DNA of 64,000 nt. It comes from Ranitomeya imitator (taxonomy: Eukaryota). Each line of letters opens with the position of its first letter. Position 1 is the stretch's first letter. Positions 1 through 11,634 of the stretch are shown here, in pieces. The translations under genes and the position numbers were made by a program. The stretch is taken from contig NC_091291.1 of the NCBI RefSeq assembly GCF_032444005.1, positions 101,060,001 to 101,124,000 on the forward strand. Reading direction: 5' to 3'. A model generated the notes under the pieces. The model had not been told where the DNA came from and did not search any database. It saw only the letters and a program-made list of their open reading frames with translations.

Positions 1-480
1 CAGCTGAGGTGTATTATGAGGTTCTACAGCAGCTGAGGTGTGTATCATGAGGTTCTGCAGCAGCTGAGGTGTGTATTATGAGATTCTGCAGCAACTGAGG
101 TGTGTATTATGATGTTCTGCAGCAGCTGAGGTGTGTATTATGATGTACTGCACCAACTGAGGTGTGTATGATGTAGCACTGCAGCAACTGAGGTGTGTAT
201 TATGAGGTTCTGCAGGAGCTGAGGTGTATTATAATGTTCTGCAGCAGCTGAGGTGTGCATTATGAGGCTCTGCAGGAGCTGAGGTGTATAGGTGTATATT
301 ATGAGGTTCTGCAGCAGCTGAGGAGTGTGTTATAAGGTTCTGCAGCAGCTGAGGTGTGTATCATGAGATTTTACAGCAGCTGAGGTATGTACTTTATTTA
401 TGATGTTCTGCAGCAGCTGAGATGTGTTTTATGATATTCTGTAGCAGGTGAGATGTGTGTTAAGAGGTTCTGCAGCATCT
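1..480. repeat. ~31-bp minisatellite (consensus GCAGCAGCTGAGGTGTGTATTATGAGGTTCT); probably continues beyond the left window edge
   Basis: About 15 degenerate tandem units visible; 9 retain CAGCTG. Confidence 0.95.
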
Positions 481-718
481 TATGCTTTTTTGCTACTTTA
501 ATAGTATTACTACTAGAGGTAATAATTTTAGATGTGAGGGACAATTTGCTAATATTATAGATATATTATTATTATTTCTTTTGAATTTCTCAAATTTTCT
601 GTTAATAAGAATTAGAACATTTGAACATCTTTCACAGATAAAAAAAAAGATCAATAGTGAAACCATCAGTGGTCGGTGCAATGTGTGATCGGTGCAGGTC
701 CCATCTTGTGGCCGGGGG

Positions 719-880
719 TTCCCACACTCACATCTCCCCCCAGCAGCCTCTATTATCTCCTGTATTGGAGCAGATGGACACACGTCCATTGTCCCCGCTG
801 CGGTGGGATTGGAGGATGAGTGTGGGAACCTCTTGTAAGTCCGCTCTCCACACATCATTATGCAGGGAGAGGGGTATATA
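719..880 (+). promoter_or_regulatory. hes5-A promoter: distal RBPJ TTCCCACA 719-726, E-box CAGATG 771-776, ATTGG 808-812, RBPJ TGTGGGAA 821-828, cryptic partner TCTCCACA 845-852, TATATA 875-880
   Basis: Motifs read directly; same spacing upstream of genes C and D. Confidence 0.8.
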
Positions 881-957
881 GAGGGGCGGCCGCTCACTAG
901 TAGTCAGACAGCTCCTGCCCCACACAGCACAAGGCTACAGACTGCCGGACCTGCACC

Positions 958-1688
958 ATGGCCCCATGTAATATGAGGACCCCGGACCATCAGGCTGACA
1001 GCGGCCTCAGAAAGGTAAGAGCCCCCGACTAGTGACAGCGTCACCCCCATATCTCTACATGTAGACACTTATAGGAACAGGAGTCTGATGTTTACAAGTG
1101 ATCTTAGTTGTCCTCCATAGACATGGACACTGGCGCAGGGGAATAATGAGAGATTCTTCTTCTTTTCTACAGCTGAGGAAGCCGGTGATTGAGAAGATGA
1201 GGAGAGATCGGATTAACAGCAGCATTGAGCAGCTCCGCGTCTTACTGGAGAAGGAGTTTCAGAGACATCAGCTCCCCTCCAAACCGGAGAAAGCCGATAT
1301 CCTGGAGATGACGGTCACCTTCCTGCAGCGGCACATGGCGGAGAGAGGTGAGTGTCGTGTCCGCGCTCCTCACACCCCTCATGTGTTTGTTACTGAGAGC
1401 AGAGCAGCCGGCAATGGACGCTGTCACTGACATGTTGTCTTTCCTGTTCTAGATGTCACAGCCTCCAGCCAGACCCGGAGAGAAGGCTACTCCACCTGCG
1501 TCCAGGACGCCGTCACCTTCCTGACCCAGCACAAACAGGAGGAGCTCCAGATCCAGCTGCTGCAGAACCTCCCTGGGGCTCACACTGTGGTGTACAGGGC
1601 CGTATCTCCTCCTGTATCTCCTGTCTACCAGACCCCCAACAAATACAGCCCCCCAGACAGCAGCAAAACCTTGTGGAGACCCTGGTAG
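958..1688 (+). CDS. hes5: HES5-like bHLH-Orange-WRPW repressor (gene A), 155 aa; exons 958-1014, 1173-1347, 1453-1688
   Basis: GT-AG junctions with consistent phases (0 and 1); MAPCNMRTPDHQADSGLRK / [29 protein letters not shown]...[10 protein letters not shown] / EGYSTCVQDAVTFL...LWRPW-stop. Confidence 0.95.
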
Positions 1689-1719
1689 TGACTGTATCCA
1701 TTATGTGAGTGTGGACTGG

Positions 1720-2500
1720 GAGCTGTGCACCCCCATTATTCCTGAGAACTGGTAGCTGTGTACCCCTAGTATACCTGAGAGCTGTGTACCCCCATTATAC
1801 CTGAGAGCTGAGTACCCCCAGAATTCCTGAGAGCTGTGTATCCCCATTATACCTGAGAGCTGTGTACTTCCAGTATACCCAAGAGCTGTGTACTCCCATT
1901 ATACCTGAGAGCTGTGTACCCCCATTATACCTGAGAGCTGTGTACCCCCATTATACCTGAGAGCTGTGTACCCTCAGTATACCTGAGAGCTGGGAGCTGT
2001 GTACCCCAAGTATACCCGAGAGCTGTGTACCCCCATTATACCTGAGAGCTGTGTACCCCCAGTATACCTGAGAGCTGTGTACCCCCATTATACCTGAGAG
2101 CTGTGTACCCTCAGTATACCTGAGAGCTGTGTACCCCCATTATACCTGAAAGCTGTGTACCCTCAGTATACCTGAGAGCTGGGAGCTGTGTACCCCAAGT
2201 ATACCTGAGAGCTGTGTACCCCCAGTATTCCTGAGAGTTGTATACCCTCAGTATACCCGAGCGCTGTGTACCCCCAGTATTCCTGAGAGCTGTGTACCCT
2301 CAGTATACCTGAGAGCTGTGTACCCTCAGTATACCTGAGAGCTGGGAGCTGTGTACCCCAAGTATACCTGAGAGCTGTGTACCCCCAGTATTCCTGAGAG
2401 CTGTGTACCCCCAGTATACCCGAGAGCTGTGTACCCCCATTATACCCGAGAGCTGTGTACCCCCATTATACCTGAGAGCTGTGTACCCCCAATATTCCTA
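1720..2500. repeat. 26-bp minisatellite (GAGAGCTGTGTACCCCCAGTATACCT) starting about 30 bp after the hes5-A stop codon
   Basis: About 30 tandem units. Confidence 0.95.
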
Positions 2501-3510
2501 AGCGCAGGGGATGTGATGTCTTCTGTCACTAATGTCTCATGTGATGGGAGATGACGTTCCTTCTGATCTTGGTGTAATTTCTCTGTGATTTTCTCATCCA
2601 TCATATAATCTGCTGTCGGCTGCAGATCTCCTGTGTGCTCTCGGTCCTATATCCTTCTATGAAGAACAGTCCTGGTCCTATATGGACCCATTGTAGGAAT
2701 CTTCCCAGTGATACAATGTATCGGATTATATATAGTGTGTACTGGCTCTATAGAGAGTGATGTATTGTATGTAGATATCAGAGCTCCAGTGCAAAGCATT
2801 GCAGAATAATGGAGGTGAGACCTCCGGCCTGATATACACTGTAGATATTATGTATCAGTCCTGTAATACTACAGACGTCTGTATAGTAATATATACATTA
2901 TTGGATTCAGTATATAGATGTACTGTGTACAGCGCCCCCTATAGTTCACTATTATTAGTGGTAAATGTTCTGTATATTGAATATTCAGTAAATTACCAGG
3001 AGGCATATGTTCTGTGTATGATCATGATTAATGATTATAATGTAATGCTGATGTGTATTATGCAGGATGAGGTCATATACTTTGCCATAGTATACAATAT
3101 TTGTAGTAATTGCCTCCTTATAGTTCACTATTATTAGTGGTAAATGTTCTATATATTATACTGTATTATGTCCGTCTGATAAATTATCAGAATATTCTAA
3201 ATTCTATGAATTGTACATTATGTGATCTGTATTATGGATTATTATGCTCCATGGTTTTCCTATGTGGTATGCAATATTTGCATCAAATGTTAGAAAGTTA
3301 TGTATAATATACACTGTATGGTGCAATATTTGCAGTATTACATCAGTGATGTTGCGTATATTATACACTGACTGCGCGTGTCTGTATACTCTGTATACTC
3401 TTATCAGTGGACAATGTTCAGTTGTCATACATTGTGAGATAAGTTGCAATCAATAAAATAAATTATTATATATTAGTGTTGTGATGTTATTACAATGTTA
3501 TCATCATTAA

Positions 3511-4790
3511 CCCATTCCCCACCAAAATACTGGCGTTTCTCTTTGCAGAGTTCTCCTAATGACCACCTGCAGAAATGGGCCTAAGGATTAAATATATGGC
3601 TATAGTAATAAATGGGGTCAGATTGTGGGGCCGACTGGAGAGTTTAAGTTCTAGGACGCGAGCAATGAAACCTTCTCCTGTAATGGGGACAATGCCCAAC
3701 TCCCTTCTGCGAAACAGTATATTGATTATATTAATATTATTCATTATATTTCCCATAGAGTACTCCATCCTCTCCGGTGTTCACAGTAATGGGATCTAAG
3801 GGGTAGCATTTCTCCTTGTGGAGAGTGACAAGCCAGGCCTGGCAGGAGTGAGGAGACTTATATGCCATGCATGCTCCTCCTCTTCCTCTCTGAAGAAGCA
3901 ATTTGCATGGATAATGGGATCTCATGGGGATGTCAGCCATCTTTATCACACCCCCACATACTCTGTCCCTAGAGGCTAGAGTAGGGGCTCATATGCAGCA
4001 CATGTGGCTATCATCAGCCATGAGGTCATGGTAGTTATTATCCACAGGTCTGAGACAATGCTGTGATCATGCGTATGTAATAAGAAACTCACCAATCTCT
4101 ATGTGTTGGATAAATCATAGCCCTGAAAATCAGTGTTACCGGGACACTGTAATATTCTGACCCCACATACCGTGGTGTGGGGAGCATACATATGTTCATA
4201 CTATGAAATACATCAGTAGGGTAAAAATACACTTTACACGGCTGGAGAAATAATTCTTGATGCCATAGTGGCAGAAAAGGGTTTTTATTTAACAACGCGT
4301 TTGGTGTATTTTTCTATTACAAAAAAAACGTTGCTTTTGTACATTAGTTTTGGCATCAAAACAAGTTTTTTTTTAACAACGCGTTTCGTTTCCAAACTGG
4401 CATCTTTTTAAAGTACAAAAAAGTCGTTTTTTTTAATATTTGAGAAAAACACCAAATTGGCGTCAAAACGCATTATTAAATAAAAAAAAAACTGCTTCTA
4501 TTACTAGAGCAGCAAGAATTTTATTTTTTTTCCAGCCACACAGTCTACATTTTAAGGTTTTTTGTTTTTTAACCCTAGTGGGATGAAATTTTATCTGCCA
4601 CAAGGCAGCTGCAACTTTGATTTTTAAGGGGGGAGACCCTTTTTTCCCTAGGGGGTGCAGCACCATCTTTTGGACATATTTTTTCACCTGTGCTAGGGTC
4701 ACCCAATGGTTGCGTGTTCCTTTCCCTCCACAGCACCTCTTGCATGCCCACGGGCCACTAGATAATAGGAGCCCGCTGCCATATCCCAAA
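3511..4790 (-). mobile_element. Possible degenerate piggyBac-like remnant
   Basis: TTAA-CCC end at 3507-3513; minus-strand frame 4463-4789 contains HPTRVKKQKTLKCRLCG, reminiscent of a piggyBac C-terminal cysteine-rich domain; second end not found. Confidence 0.35.
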
Positions 4791-5507
4791 CTATGAAGCC
4801 GCAGATTCCTTCAGTCTATTTGATTGCATGTAAGGAGTTACAGAATTTCTTATCTCACATTGAAACGATGCAAAATAATAAAAAAGATATTTACAAGCAG
4901 TAACAAGAAAGATACAAATAATAAAACAAGTCATTTCTAAATATTTATTAATATATATTCTAATTTTTCAATAAACGTATATTCATTAAACAGCACGCTT
5001 GACATGTAATAACACATGATACAATGTATTCTACAGATATACATCATAGATGTGACATCACAATTATTAGATATTGCACCATTACATATACAGCAATAAG
5101 ACAATGCAGCGGAAGAAACCTTCTCTTACATAAGACTTGTACATATTCTACATATATAGCACAATCTATAGGGGGCATTAATTTAATATTGGTTCGAATA
5201 TACTGTATATCTGTACATGTTGTACATATCATGTACATAAGACCAGTCACAGCCAACCTCTGGCTTACCAGTTGTTGCAGAACTACAACTCCCAACATGT
5301 CATGATAGCCTGTGTAGAATAAAACATTTGATTTACATATCAAATTAAATGAATTTACATAACTCTAAACACCAGTAACTGTAAGTTCCCATAGGGACCA
5401 CTATGATACAGCATGAAAAATGCTCTCCAAATTTCAAAGACTCATTATTGAGTGCTGGAGAAAACATCCTCATAGGATATTATGAAGTCCATCAAGGTGA
5501 TCTCCCA

Positions 5508-5575
5508 CTGCCAGGGTCTCCACAAGGCTTTTCCACTGTCTGGGGGGCTGCTTGCTGGGGGTTTGGTAGACGGGG
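5508..5575 (-). pseudogene. hes5: Relic of a hes5 last exon (SPPDSGKALWRPW) with the stop mutated TAG>CAG and a 2-nt deletion relative to genes A/B
   Basis: Aligns by eye to the 3' end of exon 3 of gene A; WRPW codons at 5511-5522. Confidence 0.8.
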
Positions 5576-6010
5576 ACTGTATGTGTGTATAACCATCTAT
5601 TGGATATTCTGATATAATTCTGATACATTGATACTTACAAATATCTGTAATCACCCAGTATACTACAGATTATATTTATATATCAGGGTCCTTTTGCAGG
5701 TTTCTAGTGTTTTTTTTTTCTATTTTTTGTCATCCTTGATATTCATAGGGGGAAGCCTTATTATTACATATTGATTGATTGTTGAAAAATTGGGATTAAT
5801 GTGCCCTACTCTGCCCACAGTCATGCATGTCTTCGTGTTTTGTGTTTTTTATTTGTTTTTAAAGAGTTTTGCACTTGTTTCAATAAAGCCTTGTTGTGCT
5901 GTTTTTATGTTTGGGTGTGCACTATGATTCTATGTAGCTTTTCTTTATACAAATTCATTTTCCTTTTTTGCGCAGATTGTAGCACCCTAATATTATTTTA
6001 TGGTGCCCAC

Positions 6011-6069
6011 CTTTCTTTTTCCATTACGTGCGTGGATCATTGAGTCTGGATGAGGCTGTAAGCGGCCAT
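6011..6069 (-). pseudogene. Putative relic hes5 exon 1 (ATG GCC GCT TAC..., in-frame TGA at codon 11, ends AAAG/gtgggc)
   Basis: Lies just downstream of the copied TATA box; ATG-GCC start and AAG/GT donor like genes A/B; 59 nt, so out of phase. Confidence 0.45.
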
Positions 6070-6143
6070 CAGTCAGGGAGTGTGCAGAGGTGTCCTCTCT
6101 GCAAATGGGATATCAGTGATGTGTAGCCAGGGGGACAAACGCA

Positions 6144-6352
6144 GCCCCTCTATATACCCCTCTCCCTGCATAATGATGTGTGGAGAGCGGACTTACAAGA
6201 GGTTCCCACACTCATCCTCCAATCCCACCGCAGCGGGGACAATGGACGTGTGTCCATCTGCTCCAATACAGGAGATAATAGAGGCTGCTGGGGGGAGATG
6301 TGAGCTGGAGTGTGGGAGCCCCCGGCCACAAGATGGGACCTGCACCGACCAC
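6144..6352 (-). promoter_or_regulatory. Third copy of the hes5-A/B promoter (pseudogene promoter); 6144-6304 identical to 727-887
   Basis: Base-by-base comparison 161/161; distal RBPJ site changed to CTCCCACA. Confidence 0.9.
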
Positions 6353-6459
6353 TGGTTCTTTCCCTAATGATTTTAGTTTTAGGCCATGTGCTTACTGTCA
6401 TTGTAATGTATGTTTGAAGTAAGGACCAGGAAAAAGCAAAGGTCAAATATATCTATATA

Positions 6460-6745
6460 CAACCCCTGGCAAAAATTCTGGAATCACCGGCCTTGGAGGA
6501 TGTTCATTCAGTTGTTTAATTTTGTAGAAAAAAAGCAGATCACAGACATGGCACAAAACTAAAGCCATTTCAAATGGCAACTTTCTGGCTTTAAGAAACA
6601 CTAAAAGAAATCAAGAATATGAAATATTGTCGTCAGTAATGGTTACTTTTTTAACCAAGCATAGGGGAAAAATTATGGAATCACTCTGTAAATTTTCATA
6701 CCCAAAACTAACACCTGCATTAAATTAGATCTGCTGCTCGTTATT
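6460..6745 (+). mobile_element. Tc1/mariner left-end fragment (TA-CAACCCCTGGCAAAAATT)
   Basis: TA-flanked terminus with internal direct repeat GGCAAAAATTCTGGAATCAC / GGAAAAATTATGGAATCAC. Confidence 0.6.
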
Positions 6746-6755
6746 CTGCATCTAA

Positions 6756-6948
6756 GCAGTCATCAAAGCAAAAGGTGGCTACTTTGAAGAACCTAGAATA
6801 TAAGACATCATTTCAGTTGTTTCACACTTTTTCGTTAAGTATATAATTCCACATGTGTTAATTCATAGTTTTGATGCCTTCAGTGTGAATGTACAATTTT
6901 CATAGTCATGAAAATACAGAAAAATCTTTATATGAGAAGGTGTGTCCA
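6756..6948 (+). mobile_element. Tc1 right-end fragment, same family as 50810-52393, running into the gap
   Basis: Near-identical to about 52195-52380. Confidence 0.8.
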
Positions 6949-7598
6949 NNNNNNNNNNNNNNNNNNNNNNNNNNNNNNNNNNNNNNNNNNNNNNNNNNNN
7001 NNNNNNNNNNNNNNNNNNNNNNNNNNNNNNNNNNNNNNNNNNNNNNNNNNNNNNNNNNNNNNNNNNNNNNNNNNNNNNNNNNNNNNNNNNNNNNNNNNNN
7101 NNNNNNNNNNNNNNNNNNNNNNNNNNNNNNNNNNNNNNNNNNNNNNNNNNNNNNNNNNNNNNNNNNNNNNNNNNNNNNNNNNNNNNNNNNNNNNNNNNNN
7201 NNNNNNNNNNNNNNNNNNNNNNNNNNNNNNNNNNNNNNNNNNNNNNNNNNNNNNNNNNNNNNNNNNNNNNNNNNNNNNNNNNNNNNNNNNNNNNNNNNNN
7301 NNNNNNNNNNNNNNNNNNNNNNNNNNNNNNNNNNNNNNNNNNNNNNNNNNNNNNNNNNTTATCTTTCTATTANNNNNNNNNNNNNNNNNNNNNNNNNNNN
7401 NNNNNNNNNNNNNNNNNNNNNNNNNNNNNNNNNNNNNNNNNNNNNNNNNNNNNNNNNNNNNNNNNNNNNNNNNNNNNNNNNNNNNNNNNNNNNNNNNNNN
7501 NNNNNNNNNNNNNNNNNNNNNNNNNNNNNNNNNNNNNNNNNNNNNNNNNNNNNNNNNNNNNNNNNNNNNNNNNNNNNNNNNNNNNNNNNNNNNNNNNN
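6949..7598. other. Assembly gap (N runs 6949-7358 and 7374-7598)
   Basis: Ns in sequence. Confidence 1.
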
Positions 7599-7599
7599 N

Positions 7600-7644
7600 A
7601 TCTGTTATCTATCTATATATATAAATATCTCTATCTATCTATCC

Positions 7645-7707
<63 letters not shown>

Positions 7708-7710
7708 GTC
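7600..7710. repeat. (TATC)n microsatellite
   Basis: Tandem TATC units. Confidence 0.95.
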
Positions 7711-10044
7711 TTTTGAGGTTTGGTATTTGCCTGGGGGGCTCTGCACCCGGACTCTTTCTTTGTGGTGCTCTAATTCTCTTTTTTTCTATCTATCTGCCTA
7801 GCTATTGATCATAAATTTAATAATAACAATACTATTAGTCGCCAACATTCACTACAATGATCTTCAATCTATGGCGCTACAGCTGTTATTATACTAGTTA
7901 AGTAAATAAGGTAGCACACTGCAGCGCTAGAACATACAAACTTGAAATACGAAATTTGAACTGCATTACTGCACTAGAAATATGAAAAATGAGAGCGTTT
8001 AGCGCATAAAAATGGCCAATTTTATGTGTACCTGGTAGCCCCTTTACGGCATCTCTCTTATACCAGGTCCTAAACTTGCCTTACCTCGCTGAAAATAAAC
8101 GTCTCCATCCATTATACTAGAGCTCCATGCTGAGAGTTGCAGTTCCATGACAACTTTAGAACTCATATTGACAAGTGATTATTGAAAAAAATGCACAGCA
8201 AGGCTACCGTAATTGACAGCTATTTATTTATGTATCAACGCTTTTATCATTTAATTAGTAATAAACTATAAACTAATGTGATATGTGATAGCTGAGTATC
8301 TGGTCTCTGGAGAGAGGATGTGGTGGTGTGATAAGAGACGTCTGACATCTCGGTGACACCTCATTATCCTCAACATCAAAGGGGAAGGTGTACTGGACAG
8401 TGTCTGGGGTATATATTATTTTTGTTATTTATTTTTAAAGCACCAAAAATTACAGGCTGCACTGCTGTATACATGGTACAAGGTTTAAGTATATAACAGA
8501 AGACTTAAACACATCTATATGAGTGATAGACTGTGTCAATATAACAATGCAAGACACATATTATTATTTATTTATGTGTGGCTGGAAGTATGCAAATCGC
8601 GGAAAATCCTCTGAACATGCGGTGTGTGCAATGTGAGGATTCACAATTCTCCAGTCACATAGAGTAACTGCAGACTTGTAGCTGAACTGCTGTCAGTCAA
8701 GATATGACAGTGCCTAGTATGCACATTGAGGGGATGTAATAGTGCACCATATCACGGATGCACCAAGATGCCCCCAAATTTGCATACAAAATAAATAATT
8801 TGTCTTAACGCCAACTAAACCATTACAATCTGTATTGTTTATTTGATTTTTATAGGTTCAAAGTCCAATATAGATACCTACCGGTAAGTGTTTTCCTCAG
8901 TGTTTGGGGGGGAGCAGACTCCTTTTAAATGGTACCTGACACATCACATGACTCAAGATGCCCTCAAAATCTAGCAGCTTCATTATCATCGTTTTAATAA
9001 ATTACTAATGATTAAAAAAAAATCTAAACAAACAATGGACAGTGTTCAAGGAAACATTTTATTGCAGAGAATCCACGACAACTTTCATAAGCAAAAGCAT
9101 CTGATATTTACGGAAATACTCACTAATTTATCAGGCAAGTATAGAGATCTAGAAATATCACATCGCAAATATAAATGCGTTACTATAACACAATACACTT
9201 TAAATTATATTATAAGATATATATGACATGGTGACAATTCTTGCAAATGTTGCATACCCCCCAAAAAAATAAATATATAGTACTGACTGCAAATATTGCA
9301 CACCTTGCTATATACTGTAAGTAGCTGAACAAGTCCTTTACTAATAATATACATTGTATATAGGATTACTGCAAATATTGCAAACATAAAATAAAGTAAC
9401 AAAGTACTAAAATCCCAATGTAATGTACATGGCAGATATACATTCATATATAAAATATGATACAACTAAGGCCAATATGTGACCACACTAATCATCCATA
9501 TCATCCGATATACATGACAGCATGCTAGGACTCTATATAAAGCTGATACACGCTGAAAGTGCATATTGTTATACAGACGTCTGTAGTATTACAGGACTGA
9601 TACATAATATCTACAGTGTATATCAGGCCGGAGGTCTCACCTCCATTATTCTGCAATGTTTTGCACTGGAGCTCTGATATCTACATACAATACGTCACTC
9701 TCTATAGAGCCAGTACACACTATATATAATCCGATACATTGTATCACTGGGAAGATTCCTACAATGGCCTCAATTTATCAAAGAGATTATGCCAAAATTC
9801 TAGTGCAAATCACTTTGAAAATTTGAAAACACAAAGTTGCACAAAAACTTTGCCGGGCTTGATGAATTGGGGCCATAGTGTCCTTGTAGCACTGGGACGG
9901 TGTCTACATAGGAAAATATAGAACCAATAATATGATTGATTAGTAAATCACGTAGTAATTACATCAACTCCCATCACATGATGAGACATTAGTGACTGGC
10001 AGAAAACATCTCATCTCCTCTGGGGTGTGCTGGTATACACAACT

Positions 10045-10637
10045 CTCGGGTTTACTGGGGGTACACAGCTCTCAGGTATACTGGGGGTACACAGCTCTCA
10101 GGTATACTGGGGGTACACAGCTCTCAGGTATACTGGGGATACACAGCTCTCAGGTATACTGGGGGTACACAGCTCTCAGGTATACAGGGGGTACACAGCT
10201 CTCAGGTATACTGGGGATACACAGCTCTCAGGTATACTGGGGGTACACAGCTCCCAGCTCTCAGGTATACTGGGGGTACACAGCTCTCATGTATACTGGG
10301 GATACACAGCTCTCATGTATACTGGTGGTACACAGCTCTCAGGAATACTGGGGGTACACAGCTCCAAGTTCTTGGGTATACTGAGGGTGCACAGCTCTCG
10401 GGTATACTAGGGGTACACAGCTCTCAGTTCTCAGGTATACTGGGGGTACACAGCTCCAAGTTCTTGGGTATACTGAGGGTGCACAGCTCTCGGGTATACT
10501 AGGGGTACACAGCTCCCAGTTCTCAGGTATACTGGGGGTACACAGCTCTCAGCTCTTAGGTATGCTGAGGGTACACAGCTCTCGGGTATACTGGGGGCAC
10601 ACAGCTCTCAGGTATACTGGGGGTACACAGCTCCCAG
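10045..10637. repeat. 26-bp minisatellite 3' of hes5-B (same family as 1720-2500, shorter array)
   Basis: Tandem GGTATACTGGGGGTACACAGCTCTCA units. Confidence 0.95.
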
Positions 10638-10664
10638 TCCACACTCACATAATGGATACAGTCA

Positions 10665-11395
10665 CTACCAGGGTCTCCACAAGGTTTTGCTGCTGTCTGG
10701 GGGGCTGTATTTGTTGGGGGTCTGGTAGATAGAAGATACAGGAGGAGATACGGCCCTGTACACCACAGTGTGAGCCCCAGGGAGGTTCTGCAGCAGCTGG
10801 ATCTGGAGCTCCTCCTGTTTGTGCTGGGTCAGGAAGGTGACGGCGTCCTGGACGCAGGTGGAGTAGCCTTCTCTCCGGGCCTGGCTGGAGGCTGTGACAT
10901 CTAGAACAGGAAAGACAACATGTCAGTGACAGCGTCCATCGCCGGCTGCTCTGCTCTCAGTAAGAAACACATGAGGGGTGTGAGGAGCGCGGACACGACA
11001 CTCACCTCTCTCCGCCATGTGCCGCTGCAGGAAGGTGACCGTCATCTCCAGGATATCGGCTTTCTCCGGTTTGGAGGGGAGCTGATGTCTCTGAAACTCC
11101 TTCTCCAGTAAGACGCGGAGCTGCTCAATGCTGCTGTTAATCCGATCTCTCCTCATCTTCTCAATCACCGGCTTCCTCAGCTGTAGAAAAGAAGAAGAAT
11201 CTCTCATTATTCCCCTGCGCCAGTGTCCATGTCTATGGAGGACAACTAAGATCACTTGTAAACATCAGACTCCTGTTCCTATAAGTGTCTACATGTAGAG
11301 ATATGGGGGTGACGCTGTCACTAGTCGGGGGCTCTTACCTTTCTGAGGCCACTTTCAGCCTGATGGTCCGGGGTCCTCATATTACATGGGGCCAT
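10665..11395 (-). CDS. hes5: HES5-like repressor (gene B), 155 aa; exons 11395-11339, 11180-11006, 10900-10665
   Basis: Same exon structure as gene A; 5 nt differences in 468 nt of CDS (D14E, T85A, P134S, V135I, one silent); ends WRPW-TAG. Confidence 0.95.
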
Positions 11396-11472
11396 GGTGC
11401 AGGTCCGGCAGTCTGTAGCCTTGTGCTGTGTGGGGCAGGAGCTGTCTGACTACTAGTGAGCGGCCGCCCCTC

Positions 11473-11634
11473 TATATACCCCTCTCCCTGCATAATGATG
11501 TGTGGAGAGCGGACTTACAAGAGGTTCCCACACTCATCCTCCAATCCCACCGCAGCGGGGACAATGGACGTGTGTCCATCTGCTCCAATACAGGAGATAA
11601 TAGAGGCTGCTGGGGGGAGATGTGAGTGTGGGAA
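11473..11634 (-). promoter_or_regulatory. hes5-B promoter: TATA 11473-11478, RBPJ 11525-11532, CCAAT 11541-11545, distal RBPJ 11627-11634
   Basis: Inverted copy of the gene A promoter. Confidence 0.8.

Larger units (their letters stand above)
678..2885 (+). repeat. Left arm of an inverted segmental duplication (partner 9570-11675) covering hes5-A promoter, gene and 3' flank
   Basis: Reverse complement of 9570-11675: near-identical 678-1720, minisatellite, diverged 2510-2560 vs 9960-10020, near-identical 2688-2885 vs 9570-9767. Confidence 0.9.

Noticed and set aside
1098-1430. ORF-track protein of 110 aa (and its twin 10923-11255) as the complete gene product
   Set aside because: Only 1173-1347 is exon 2; the flanks are intron read-through bounded by canonical AG and GT sites. 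The same applies to ORFs 30649-31017, 36383-36649, 60132-60389 and 61110-61349.
6889-7808. Long ORFs of 238-288 aa
   Set aside because: Artefacts of N runs and a TATC microsatellite.
9992-10410. Repetitive ORFs from minisatellites (also 37579-38263, 38522-39481, 41405-41894, 43768-45994, 54551-55322, 63599-63978)
   Set aside because: Open in several frames on both strands because the repeat units lack stops; no domain signature or splice context.
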